Source of the DNA: an uncultured Acidobacteriota bacterium
Lineage (GTDB): Bacteria > Acidobacteriota > Thermoanaerobaculia > Multivoradales > UBA5704
Assembly (NCBI GenBank): GCA_963770895.1
Contig: CAVYRF010000002.1
Location: forward strand, 3,168,001 to 3,232,000
Length of the DNA stretch: 64,000 nt
Reading direction: 5' to 3'
Shown: in pieces, positions 8,088 through 17,952 of the stretch
Numbering within the stretch: position 1 is the first letter of the stretch
How the letters are laid out: every line of letters starts with the position of its first letter
Notes under the pieces: model-generated
Told to the model about the DNA's origin: nothing
Database searches by the model: none
What the model saw: the letters and a program-made list of their open reading frames with translations, nothing else
Made by a program: the position numbers and the translations under genes

Positions 8088-9274
8088 GCTACGACCTCGG
8101 GTTGCGGCTCCGTCGCGGCGAGCGGCTCTGCGGCGGAAAACGCTGGAACGTCGGGCGATGCTTCGGCCCCTGGGGGCTCGATCACCACCTTGAATGCTTC
8201 CTTTCGCATCATACTCCACAGGGCCGCCTCCACCTGGTCGACCGGCCGCCGCGCCGACAGCAGCACGCCGGGGGCGGCCAGGCCCGCGGCCAGCAGCTGG
8301 AGCGCCGCTGCAAAGGTCGCCGGCCGGTGGTGGTAGGCGCTCTTGATGGCGATCTCCGAGTAGTGCAGGCGGTGGGTGTCGAGCGGCACCGAGGTGCCCG
8401 GCGGGCAGCCGCCGAACAGCAACGCCGTGCCGCCCGGACGCGCCGAAGCGAGCGCGTCCCACCAGGCCGCGGGCGAGCCGGTTGCCTCGACCGCCAGGTC
8501 GAATCCGTCGCCAGCCAGCGACCGCAGGCGCACCCGGTCGGCCTCGCCCCCCTCGCGCCCGACGTGCACCCCCGCGGCGGCGCCAAGGGACAGGGCCGTC
8601 GCCAGGCGGCCCGAATTGGGATCGGCCGCCACCACCCGGTGGCCGGCGCGCGCCAGCGCCTCGACGAACAGCAGGCCGATCGGCCCGGCGCCATAGACCG
8701 CCACGTCCGACCGCCGATCGAGCGCGGCCGCGTCCAGGCCGTGCAGCACGCACGCCAGCGGCTCGGCGAGCGCCGCCACCGCCAGCGGCAGCCCGGCCGG
8801 GCAGCGATGGACGCTCGCGCGCCCGAACGCCGCCGGCACCAGCAAGTACTCCGCAAAGGCGCCGTTGAGGTAGACCAGCGACGAGCACAGGTTTTCGCGC
8901 CCGCGGGCGCACCACTCGCACTGGCCGCAGGCGGCCGAGTTGGCGACCACCACCCGGTCGCCGACGGCGAACGCCGGCGCGTGGGCGGCCGCCCCACCTG
9001 AGCGCCCGCCGGCGGCGGCGCCGCCACCGCCGGGCAGCGGCAGCCCGACCGCCGCCACCGTTCCCGCCATCTCGTGACCGAAAGGCCCCGGCACGCGCAG
9101 CATGCGCGGATGGCCCCCCCGGCGGTAGACCTTGATGTCGGTGCCGCAGGTGGTCGCCGCCCCGATGCGCACCAGCAGCTCGCCGGGCCCCGGTTGGGGC
9201 ACCGGCACCTGGCGCACCTCAAGCCGCTCGGGACCCACCAGGTAGACCGCGAGCTGTGTGCGGGCGGCGGTCAG
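8084..9274 (-). CDS. Zinc-dependent alcohol/polyol dehydrogenase (MDR family)
   Basis: CGTD, GHE, CGQCEWC...C, EPLAC, GAGPIG; start probably CTG at 9274. Confidence 0.9.
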   Translation of the reverse strand: MTAARTQLAVYLVGPERLEVRQVPVPQPGPGELLVRIGAATTCGTDIKVYRRGGHPRMLRVPGPFGHEMAGTVAAVGLPLPGGGGAAAGGRSGGAAAHAPAFAVGDRVVVANSAACGQCEWCARGRENLCSSLVYLNGAFAEYLLVPAAFGRASVHRCPAGLPLAVAALAEPLACVLHGLDAAALDRRSDVAVYGAGPIGLLFVEALARAGHRVVAADPNSGRLATALSLGAAAGVHVGREGGEADRVRLRSLAGDGFDLAVEATGSPAAWWDALASARPGGTALLFGGCPPGTSVPLDTHRLHYSEIAIKSAYHHRPATFAAALQLLAAGLAAPGVLLSARRPVDQVEAALWSMMRKEAFKVVIEPPGAEASPDVPAFSAAEPLAATEPQPEVVA

Positions 9275-10614
9275 GAGCGCCTCCCCGCCGGTGCGGCTAC
9301 CTGCCGCGGCGTGTCCGCGAGGCCGCGCGCAGCCCCGCCGGCGCGGGTCGCGCGCCGCGCACCCGGTCCGATCGGATCGGCGTCGGGCACCAGCAGGACC
9401 TTCAGCGCCCGGCGCGTGGCGGCCAGCTCGACGGCTTCGGCCGCCGCCTCCAGCGGCAGCCGGTGGGTGACCAGCGGGAGCGGGTCCAGCCGGCCGCTGG
9501 CCAGCAGCTGGCAGGCGGCCAGCTGCTCGGCGCGGCCGCTCGAATAGGTGGCGATCAGCCGCCGCTCGCTCTTGAAAAAGGCGTTGAAGGGGAAGGCCGC
9601 CCATACGTCCGTCCGCTGACGGTGGCCCGCGCCTGAGTCGTCCGTGGTGTCCGCTGCATGGGCGAACAGCAGCACCGTGCCGCCGGTCCGGCCGACCGCC
9701 AAGGCTTCGGCGAGCGGCACGGCGCCGCCCACCGTGTCGATCACCACGTCGGCGCCGCGCCCTTGCGACAGCTCCATCACCCGCCGGTGTAGCGGTTGAC
9801 CGGGCGCCGCCGCGGCGTCGGCGCCAAGCCGCCGCGCCAGGGCGCGCCGGGCGGCGAGCGGCTCGGACAGTACGACGTGCGTCCCGGCGCCGTGCAGCGC
9901 GCGCAGCACCAACAGGTGCAGCAGACCCATGCTGCCGGCTCCCAGGATGGCGACGACCGGCGCCGGCGCCCCCTCTGCTTGGCCGCCGTGCTCGCCGCGC
10001 GCCGCCAGGCCGGCGCGCGCCAGGCCGCGCAGCACGCAGGCCGCCGGCTCCAGAAAGACTGCGGCGTCATCGCTCAGCTGGTCGGGCAGCAGAAACATGC
10101 CGCCGGCCGCGGCGCGCCGCCGCACCAGCACCAGGTCGCTCCAGCCGCCGGGCGCCAGCAGGTTCTGCTGGAAGGCCGGGCACATCGTTTCGCTGCCCTG
10201 CAGGCAGTACGCGCAAACGCCGCAGGCGACGTGATGGACCGCCACCACGCGGTCGCCGGGCCGCCAGATCCCTTCGCCGTCGACCGGCGTGCCGGGACGA
10301 GCGCCTCCGGTGCGGTCCACCGCGGCGCCAGCACCTGCATCACCGCTGCCCACCGCCTCGACGATGCCCACCACCTCGTGGCCGAGCACGGTACCCGCCG
10401 CCGCGGTGCGCTGGCGCAGCTTCCACAGGTCGGTGCCGCAGATGCCGCCGCGGCGCAGCCGCAGCAGGACCTCGCCGGGGCCGGGGTGCGGCGGCGGCAC
10501 GGTTTCGATCCGCACGCCGCCCTGCCCGTCGCACACCACGGCCCGCGGGCGGCGTGGTCCGGCGGTCCGCTCGACGGCGGCAGGTGCCGGCGCGGTCTGG
10601 TCCTGGCGGCTCAT
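9271..10614 (-). CDS. Zinc-dependent alcohol/polyol dehydrogenase (MDR family)
   Basis: GICGTD, GHE, CGVCAYC...C, EPAAC, GAGSMG. Confidence 0.9.
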   Translation of the reverse strand: MSRQDQTAPAPAAVERTAGPRRPRAVVCDGQGGVRIETVPPPHPGPGEVLLRLRRGGICGTDLWKLRQRTAAAGTVLGHEVVGIVEAVGSGDAGAGAAVDRTGGARPGTPVDGEGIWRPGDRVVAVHHVACGVCAYCLQGSETMCPAFQQNLLAPGGWSDLVLVRRRAAAGGMFLLPDQLSDDAAVFLEPAACVLRGLARAGLAARGEHGGQAEGAPAPVVAILGAGSMGLLHLLVLRALHGAGTHVVLSEPLAARRALARRLGADAAAAPGQPLHRRVMELSQGRGADVVIDTVGGAVPLAEALAVGRTGGTVLLFAHAADTTDDSGAGHRQRTDVWAAFPFNAFFKSERRLIATYSSGRAEQLAACQLLASGRLDPLPLVTHRLPLEAAAEAVELAATRRALKVLLVPDADPIGPGARRATRAGGAARGLADTPRQVAAPAGRRS

Positions 10615-10790
10615 GAGAGCGAGTGTACCGTCTCCCGCTGCCGCCGCACCGGCGCTCCCGATCGGCTAGGCTGGCTAAGTGGTTGGTTGGAGAGGTTCCT
10701 TGATTGTTGCGTACACGGGGCAGGGGTTTTCACGCGTAGCGGCAAGGCGTATTCTTGAAAGACACAGGGGCGGGCGGAGGCTGTCAGCGG

Positions 10791-11507
10791 ATGAATCGAC
10801 GGCAGAGCGAGCGGTACACCCGGCGGGTCGAAGTCCAGTTCTGGCAACCGGGGCAGAAGGTGCTGCGCGGCTACAGCACCAACTTTTCAGCCACCGGGAT
10901 GCATATCTCGACGCCCAATCCGCTGCCGCCGCGGTCGCGGCTGCGGATCGAAGTGATCTGTGGCGAGCGCGGTTTCCTGATCGAAGGTGTGGTGGCGCAC
11001 CGCCGCGCCGTCCACCCCGAGCTGGTGAAGGTGTCCGCTCCCGGCATGGGGGTGCGATTCATGAGCGCCGCCGAGCTGATCGGGGAAATGCTGCCCGGCG
11101 AAGCGAGCCGGTCGGCGGCGGCCGCCGCCGCGGCCCCGTCGGACCGCGCGGCGCTGCAGGCGGGACGCGACCCCTTGCCGGGCGAGCTTGAGACCCGCAC
11201 CTTCAGCGTACGCTTTGCCAGCGCCAGCGACTTTCTCAGCGTCTACGATCGCGACATCGTGAACGGCGGCCTCTTTGTCGCCACCAGCCGCCCCGGCCGG
11301 ATGCGCGAAGTGGTCTGGGTGGAAATCCATCCGCCCGCCCCCGGCCTGGCCACGGTCGTGCTGCCGGCGCGCGTCGTCCAGCGCTTCGAACCCAAGCCGA
11401 CCAGCGGCGCCGTGCTGGTCGGCATGGGAGTGGAACTGCTCGACCGGCCCGAAGCGCTCAAACGCCTCCAGCCCATCGTCGGCCAGATCCGCAACCTGCC
11501 GTCCTGA
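10791..11507 (+). CDS. Tandem PilZ-domain protein (second domain TIGR02266-like)
   Basis: RQSER (RxxxR) and NFSATG ([D/N]xSxxG), GMGVRF; second domain DIVNGGLFVAT...GMGVEL. Confidence 0.85.
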   Translation: MNRRQSERYTRRVEVQFWQPGQKVLRGYSTNFSATGMHISTPNPLPPRSRLRIEVICGERGFLIEGVVAHRRAVHPELVKVSAPGMGVRFMSAAELIGEMLPGEASRSAAAAAAAPSDRAALQAGRDPLPGELETRTFSVRFASASDFLSVYDRDIVNGGLFVATSRPGRMREVVWVEIHPPAPGLATVVLPARVVQRFEPKPTSGAVLVGMGVELLDRPEALKRLQPIVGQIRNLPS

Positions 11508-11619
11508 AAACCATCTGCCGGCGCGCCGGGCGCGTCCGCCGCCGTGCGGCACCGGCGTGCCGTCGGCGCCCTGTATCCGGCGACGACCTGGCCGCCTGCG
11601 CCTTGCGCCGGCCCGGCCG

Positions 11620-12681
11620 TCAGTGCCCCGCGCCGGGCGCACCGCCGGCTGCCGGCGTCGCTGGCGCATCTGCTCCGCCTGGCCCGCCCAAGCCGCCTGC
11701 CGCTCCCGATCCCGCCGAGGGCGGCCCGCCGGGCGCGCGATGGCCTGTCGGGCCGCCGGTCGCGGTCGGGTCGAAGCCGAAGGCACCGATCTGCTGGGCC
11801 ACGCGGTCGGCCGCGCCGGCGCCGTTGTCCATGAAGATGATCTTTCCTTGAGAGTGATCGCTCACATACTTCAGTGCGTCGGTATATTCCAGGAAAAGCA
11901 GGAAATTGGAGTCCACGCCCGCCTGCGCCAGGTTGGCGGCGGCCTCCTTCATGCCCTCGGCGATGTTGCGCCGGAACAGGGCGAGCCCTTCGCCGCGCAG
12001 CGCCGCCGCCTTCTTTTCGGCCTCGGCGCCGATCGTCTTGTAGGCCGCCTCGGCTTCGGCGTCCTTGGTGCGCTTCACCAGCAGGGCGGCGCCCTCGTTG
12101 GCGGCGGCGGCCAGCAGGTTTTTGGACGAGACGACGCGCGCCATCGAATCCATGATCTCCTTGTCGAAGGTCATGTCGGTGATCTGGATGTCACGCACCA
12201 CGTAGCCCCACGACGACACCACTTCGTCCAGGGTGCGCTTGGTGTGATCGACGATCTCGGCGCGCATCGCCAGGATGTCGGCCTGCAGGGTGGTGGCGAC
12301 GAACTGGCGGATCGAGCCGTCGATCGTGCGCTGCAGCGCCAGCTGAAACTCCTGATACGAGGCGAAGCTGAACACCGCCCGCTGGATCGTGTCTTCGCCG
12401 GCGTTGGCCACCGCATAGACCACCATGGTGGAGAACTTGACGTTCGCCTGATCGCGGGTGATCGCCTGAAACTCCATCTGCAAGGCGCGGTTTTGCAGCG
12501 ACAGCTTCTGGTAGATCGCCTCCCACGGCAGCTTGAAATTGAGCCCTTCGCGCATCAGGCGCCGGTACTTGCCAAACATGGTGACCACGGCGACGTTGGC
12601 CTGGCCGATGCTGCGCACCTGCGCCAGCACGAAGAAGAAGCCGCACACCAGGATCAGGAACAGGATGAAGGTGGGTACCAC
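11620..12681 (-). CDS. SPFH/band 7 domain membrane protein
   Basis: N-terminal TM, FGKY...EGLNFKLPW, TRDQANV, AEAEK coiled coil; GAGGAG RBS before GTG 12681. Confidence 0.92.
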   Translation of the reverse strand: MVPTFILFLILVCGFFFVLAQVRSIGQANVAVVTMFGKYRRLMREGLNFKLPWEAIYQKLSLQNRALQMEFQAITRDQANVKFSTMVVYAVANAGEDTIQRAVFSFASYQEFQLALQRTIDGSIRQFVATTLQADILAMRAEIVDHTKRTLDEVVSSWGYVVRDIQITDMTFDKEIMDSMARVVSSKNLLAAAANEGAALLVKRTKDAEAEAAYKTIGAEAEKKAAALRGEGLALFRRNIAEGMKEAAANLAQAGVDSNFLLFLEYTDALKYVSDHSQGKIIFMDNGAGAADRVAQQIGAFGFDPTATGGPTGHRAPGGPPSAGSGAAGGLGGPGGADAPATPAAGGAPGAGH

Positions 12682-12878
12682 GGGACACACTCCTCTCAGG
12701 TTCGCCGCTGCCTGGCGCCTTGCTGCGGCGCGCACGATCGGCCGGGTTGGAGCGCAAACCTGGACACTGCGGCGGCGGTATTTCAGCTTATCAGCTTGGC
12801 TAGTGTCCCGCCCGGTTCATTCGCTTGGTATTCGCTTGCCCTCCGGCGGCGGGGGGGTGAGGTGGTGGAGCGGCGCGA

Positions 12879-13637
12879 TCAGCGCAGGGTGAGGACGGCG
12901 ACGGTCTGGCTTTTGTAGTCCTGGCCCATGCCGGAGGCGCTGTCGCTGACTTCGTGGCGGGCGGCGAACAGGCGCGCGCCGCGCCGGCCGAAGACCCAGG
13001 TCTGCCGGCGCTCGCTTTCGAAAAAGAGCACCAGGAACCTGCCGCGCGTGTGCTCGACCTTTTCGGCGCCGAGCGGCTGTCCGTCGGCGCCCAGCCAGAT
13101 GGTGAGCTGGCTGGCCGCCGTCTTGATGTGCTTGCGCGCCTCTTCCGACAGCCGCGGTGGCAGCGTCAGGCTGACTTCGCGGGCGGGCTTGCCCAGGTAG
13201 GTCACCGGCTTGACGTCGACCAGGTGGGACAGCGCGACGTCCTGGCTCAGCTGCGCCGCGCAGTCCAGGTCGCCCGCCGCCTCGTTGAGGGTGAAGACCT
13301 GCAGCGCGTTATAGGTCGGGGTCCGCTTGCTGGGGTCCAGGGTCTGGGTGCGCAGCTCCTGCAGGGCCAGGTGCGAGGCGGCGCGGGGCAGCCCGACCTT
13401 GATGCCCTGCGGGCCGGCTTCGACGTCCACGCTGACCAGCGACTGGTCGGTCCAGGCCTCCTCCGTGCTGTGCCGGGACAGGTGGAATTCCAGCGTGCCC
13501 TGCACGTCGTCGCTGGCGGGAAAGCGGCCCAGGGCGGCGGTGAGCTCCGCCATCACGTCGGGGCCGGCGCCGCGCGCTGGCAGCGCCGCGCCGGCAGCCC
13601 ATAGCAGCAGGAACAGGCCGAGGCGGAGCGGTTTCAT
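12879..13637 (-). CDS. Secreted hypothetical protein (LolA-like beta-rich pattern)
   Basis: Signal peptide MKPLRLGLFLLLWAAGAALPARG; coding-like codon usage. Confidence 0.7.
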   Translation of the reverse strand: MKPLRLGLFLLLWAAGAALPARGAGPDVMAELTAALGRFPASDDVQGTLEFHLSRHSTEEAWTDQSLVSVDVEAGPQGIKVGLPRAASHLALQELRTQTLDPSKRTPTYNALQVFTLNEAAGDLDCAAQLSQDVALSHLVDVKPVTYLGKPAREVSLTLPPRLSEEARKHIKTAASQLTIWLGADGQPLGAEKVEHTRGRFLVLFFESERRQTWVFGRRGARLFAARHEVSDSASGMGQDYKSQTVAVLTLR

Positions 13638-13920
13638 GAGGCGGAAGGTTGGTCCTGATGTCGCACGCAAGGGGCCGGTGCTCGCCGGAGCGCCCGGCAG
13701 CCGCCGATTGGCCGCTCACTATACCTCGCCGCCGCGGCGCCGGGATGCTGCCGCATCACCGCCTGGTGCCTCCGGGCACCGTCACCAGCCGCGGGAATGC
13801 GCAGCGCTGCCACTTCGTTGCTACGCACAGCCCGAGCCTCAGGTTGCGGGCGCCGGCCGCGGCGGTTTGGACGCTGCTGCGGTAGACTCCCCTCAGGTCC
13901 ACCACAGGAGGCAAATAGCC

Positions 13921-14373
13921 ATGCCCTACAGTCCGTTGCTGGTCAAACCCATGCGCGATGAGCTCACCGAGATCGGCGTCCAGGAGCTGCTGACTCCCGG
14001 CGACGTCGATACCTTCATGCAGGAAAAGACCGGCACCGCCATGCTGGTCATCAACTCGGTGTGCGGGTGTGCCGCCGGCATGGCGCGTCCGGGCATCCGG
14101 GCCGCCCTTGCCGACGCGTCCAGCCGGCCCGACCGGGTAGCCAGCGTCTTCGCCGGCCAGGATCTGGAAGCCACCGCCAGGGCGCGCGGCTACCTCGCCC
14201 AGATTCCGCCCAGCAGCCCCTCGATCGCCTTTTTCAAGGACGGCGAGCTGGTGTCGTTCATCCCCCGCCACCGTATCGAAGGGCGCGACGCGCGCGCCGT
14301 GGCCGGCGACCTGACGGCGATCTTCCAGGAGCACTGCGCGGCGACGACCGCGGCGGGCGGCGCCGTCCGCTGA
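13921..14373 (+). CDS. BrxA/BrxB family bacilliredoxin
   Basis: MPYSPLLVKPMRDELT, INSVCGCAAG (CGC), VFAGQD, PPSSPS, RHRIEG; AGGAGG RBS. Confidence 0.93.
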   Translation: MPYSPLLVKPMRDELTEIGVQELLTPGDVDTFMQEKTGTAMLVINSVCGCAAGMARPGIRAALADASSRPDRVASVFAGQDLEATARARGYLAQIPPSSPSIAFFKDGELVSFIPRHRIEGRDARAVAGDLTAIFQEHCAATTAAGGAVR

Positions 14374-14401
14374 GCGGGCGCGGCCGGCCGGGACAGCCGT
14401 C

Positions 14402-14674
14402 ATGGGTACCTTTCACCACAACAAGAGCGCTCTGCACGGCATCACGGTAGTCGTCGACACCACCGGGCCGGAAGTGTTCGTCGGCCGCTGCGACGACGAG
14501 GATGAGAGCGGCATCGTGCTGCACGACGTGGACGTGCATCTTGACGGCGACGGCGGGCGCTCCAAGGCGGAATACGTCGAGCGTGCCGCCGTGTACGGCG
14601 TCTTCAAGAAGCACCGGCGGCTGCTGATCCCGCGCGACAAGGTGGCGTCGGTGCGGCGCCTGGGCGAGCTCTGA
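14402..14674 (+). CDS. Small hypothetical protein, possibly Sm/LSm-like fold
   Basis: 90-aa ORF within the operon; beta-strand pattern TVVVDT..VFVGR...GIVLHDV...LLIPRDKVASV. Confidence 0.7.
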   Translation: MGTFHHNKSALHGITVVVDTTGPEVFVGRCDDEDESGIVLHDVDVHLDGDGGRSKAEYVERAAVYGVFKKHRRLLIPRDKVASVRRLGEL

Positions 14675-14699
14675 CGGCTTCGGACCGGCGGTCTGGTCG

Positions 14700-15071
14700 A
14701 TGATCGTCCTGGGCGCCCTGTGCTGTGCGCTGGCGGTCATCCTGGGCGCGTTCGGCGCCCACGCCCTGGCCGGGCGGCTGGACGCCCATGCGCTGCAGCT
14801 GTGGGAGACGGCCGCTCGCTACCTGATGTACGGCGGGATCGGCCAGGTGCTGGTCGGGCTTGCGGCGCTCGCTTCGGCGCGGCGCGGTGGGCGCCTGCTG
14901 AGCGCGGCGGGCGCCAGCCTGTTGGCGGGCACCCTGCTGTTCAGCGGCACGTTGGCGGCGCTGGCGCTGGGCTCGCCGCGCTGGCTGGGGGCGGTGACAC
15001 CGCTCGGCGGCCTGCTGCTGATCGCCGGCTTCCTGCTGTTCGCCTGGGCGGGGCGTAGCCTCGATCGCTGA
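14700..15071 (+). CDS. DUF423 family membrane protein
   Basis: LGAFGAHAL, WETAARY, LFSGTL, GAVTPLGG. Confidence 0.9.
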   Translation: MIVLGALCCALAVILGAFGAHALAGRLDAHALQLWETAARYLMYGGIGQVLVGLAALASARRGGRLLSAAGASLLAGTLLFSGTLAALALGSPRWLGAVTPLGGLLLIAGFLLFAWAGRSLDR

Positions 15072-15187
15072 CCGGGGCGGCGGGGTAAGAAGGTAAGATG
15101 GGCGCCGGCACCCGCAACGAAGTTCCGTCATCCGCGGAGCGCGCGAACCCGTCGCCTCCGCATTGAACGCAGGGGAGGGCACCGCCC

Positions 15188-16132
15188 ATGGCGACCGAAC
15201 CGCTGGCAAGTGGCGACGAGCTGCTCGACGAAGCGGAAGCTGACGTCGAAGCTGCTGAAGGCGGCGGCCGGCGGCCGCGCATCAAGGAGTTCGAGGCCAT
15301 CGTCGAAGAAGCGGTGCGGGAAACCGCCGACTCGACCACGCTGTTCTTTTTCACCGGCAGCGAGCAGCTGGAGTACCAGGCCGGCCAGTTTCTCACCATC
15401 CGCCCGCACCAGTTTCCCGCCCTGGAACGGTTCGTCAAGTTCTTTGAGGACGTCAAGGGCAAGCGCGAGCCGGCGCGCGCCTACTCGATGTATTCGGCGC
15501 CGCACGAACGGCGTCTGGCGGTGACGATCAAGGAGGAGCTGTACATCTCCGGCGCCACCAAGTACCCGCCGCTGATGTCGCCGTTCCTGACCTATCGGAC
15601 ACCCCCGGGCACGCGCATGGTGCTGACCGGCTTCGGCGGTCCCTACACCCTGCCGACCGATATCGAATCCAGGACCGACCGGCTGATTCACGTCTGCGCC
15701 GGGTCGGGCATCGTGCCCAACATGAGCATCATCCGCCACTGCCTGGCGACCGGCGTCAAGCTGCGCCACCTGCTGATCTACGGCAACAAGACCTGGGACG
15801 ACGTCATCTTCCGCCGCCAGCTCGAAGACCTGACCCGGCGGTATCCCGGCCAGCTGGAAGTGGTGCACGCGCTCAGCCGCGAACAGGACGTGGCGCGCTA
15901 CGGTCCCAACGTGCGGCACGGCCGCGTGGGCGAAGCTCTGCTGCGCGAAACCATCGCCGATCCCAGCGCCGCCCAGGTCTTCACCTGCGGTCCGGGGATC
16001 GGCAAGTTCGAGCGCCAGGCCGCGCGCGAAAAGGGCGAGCAGCCGACGCCGCGGTTTCTGGAAACCGTGCTGGCGGGGCTGCAGGCGATCGGCGTGCCGC
16101 GCGCCCAGGTCCATCGCGAAATGTACGGCTGA
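15188..16132 (+). CDS. FAD/NAD(P)-binding oxidoreductase (FNR family)
   Basis: YQAGQF, RAYS, AGSGIVP, LIYGN, FTCGP. Confidence 0.88.
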   Translation: MATEPLASGDELLDEAEADVEAAEGGGRRPRIKEFEAIVEEAVRETADSTTLFFFTGSEQLEYQAGQFLTIRPHQFPALERFVKFFEDVKGKREPARAYSMYSAPHERRLAVTIKEELYISGATKYPPLMSPFLTYRTPPGTRMVLTGFGGPYTLPTDIESRTDRLIHVCAGSGIVPNMSIIRHCLATGVKLRHLLIYGNKTWDDVIFRRQLEDLTRRYPGQLEVVHALSREQDVARYGPNVRHGRVGEALLRETIADPSAAQVFTCGPGIGKFERQAAREKGEQPTPRFLETVLAGLQAIGVPRAQVHREMYG

Positions 16133-16183
16133 GCGCGGCGCGTTGCGCAGCCGTCCTGACAGCAGCAACAGAAAAGGAGTCGC

Positions 16184-17814
16184 ATGAACTCGATCGTTCC
16201 GCTGGCGATCCCAACCAACGAGCCGGTGCGTGCCTACGGACCGGGGTCGCCCGAAAAAGCGTCGCTCAAGCGGCGCCTCGAAGAGATGCTGCGCGACACC
16301 GTCGAGGTGCCGCTGATCATCGGCGGCCGCGAAGTGCGCACCGGCGACACCGCGCAGGCGGTCTGCCCCCACGATCACGGCCACGTGCTGGCCACCTTCC
16401 ACCAGGCCGGCGCGCCGGAAGTCAACGCCGCGGCGGAAGCGGCCCAGAAGGCGTGGCGCGACTGGTCGGAAACGTCGTGGGAGACGCGCGCCGCGGTGCT
16501 GATGCGCGCTGCCGACCTGCTGGCGGGGCCGTGGCGCGACACCTTGAACGGCGCCACCATGCTCAACCAATCCAAGACGGCGCACCAGGCGGAGATCGAT
16601 GCGGCTTGCGAGCTGATCGATTTCTGGCGCTTCAACCCGTACTTCATGCAGGTGATCTACCAGGCGCAGCCGTGGTCGCACGCGGGGGTGTGGAACCGGG
16701 TGGACTATCGCCCGCTCGAAGGGTTCGTGTTCGCGGTGACGCCGTTCAACTTCACCTCGATCGGCGGCAACCTCCCCACGTCGCCCGCGGTCATGGGCAA
16801 CACGGTGCTGTGGAAGCCGGCCTCGACGGCGGTGCTGTCGGGCTACTACATCATGAAGATCCTGCAGGAGGCGGGGCTGCCCGACGGCGTGATCAATTTC
16901 CTGCCCGGCCGCGCCAACAAGGTGGGCGACCCGGTGCTCGCCCATCCCGACCTGGGCGGTATCCATTTCACCGGCTCGACGCCGGTGTTCCAGGGGATGT
17001 GGAAGACCCTGGGCGACAACATCGCGCAGTACCGCAGCTACCCGCGCATCGTCGGCGAAACCGGCGGCAAGAACTTCGTCTTTGTCCACCCGTCCGCGGA
17101 TCGCGACCACGGTGGTCACGGCGATCGTGCGCGGCGGCTTCGAATACCAGGGCCAGAAGTGCTCGGCGGGCTCGCGCGTCTACGTGCCGCGCTCCCTGTG
17201 GTCGGGGGTGCGGCAGGACCTGGTCGACCAGGTCGGCAGCATCCGCATGGGCGGCGCCGACCGATTTCCGCAACTTCATGGCGGCGGTCATCGATTCGTG
17301 GGCCTACGACCGGATCAAGCGCTACATCGACTTCGCCAAGGATTCCCCCGACGCGGAGATCCTGGTGGGCGGCGGTTGCGACAACTCGGCGGGCTATTTC
17401 ATCCAGCCGACGGTGGTGGTGACCACCAACCCGCGCTTCAAGCTGATGACCGAGGAGATCTTCGGCCCGGTGGTCACGGTCTTCGTCTACGAAGACGGCG
17501 ACCTGGACGCCACCGCCGACCTGTGCGACTCGACCAGCCCCTACGCCCTGACCGGCGCCGTGTTCGCCGAAGACCGCGCCGCGATCGAGCGCCTCAGCCG
17601 CCGCCTGCGCCACGCCGCGGGCAACTTCTACATCAACGACAAGCCGACCGGCGCCGTCGTCGGCCAGCAACCCTTCGGCGGCGCCCGCGCCTCGGGCACC
17701 AACGACAAGGCCGGCTCGATGGCCAACCTGATGCGCTGGACCTCCCAGCGCGCCATCAAAGAGACCTTCGTGCCGGCGCGGGACTACCGCTACCCCTTCA
17801 TGGCGGAGGAGTAA
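16184..17814 (+). pseudogene. pruA: 1-pyrroline-5-carboxylate dehydrogenase with two +1 frameshifts (about 17108 and 17253); pseudogene or sequencing error
   Basis: AEIDAACELIDF, PFNFTSIGGNL, FTGST, GETGGKNF | FEYQGQKCSA | EEIFGPV, NDKPTGAVVGQQPFGG spread over three frames. Confidence 0.9.
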
Positions 17815-17853
17815 AGGCCGGCGTGGCGGCTTGGTAGGAGCCCCCCGGTCAGC

Positions 17854-17931
17854 CGTGAGGGCCGCGGGCGGGGCGGGGGCCGGGCGGCTGAAGGCGGCCG
17901 CCCTCCGGCCCCCCGTCTTCTGGGCCTCACG
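17854..17931. terminator. Long imperfect GC-rich hairpin between convergent genes
   Basis: CGTGAGG/CCTCACG outer arms; GGGGGCCGG/CCGGCCCCC and GGGCGGC/GCCGCCC inner arms; no U-tract. Confidence 0.55.
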
Positions 17932-17952
17932 AGGGCGACCGCGCAGCTTGAG

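Noticed and set aside
13921-14373. BrxA name suggesting a BREX gene linked to the DUF2791 operon
   Set aside because: This is a CGC-motif bacilliredoxin, unrelated to BREX BrxA
17099-17256. Programmed frameshifting in pruA
   Set aside because: No slippery sequence, and two separate shifts would be needed; error or mutation is simpler
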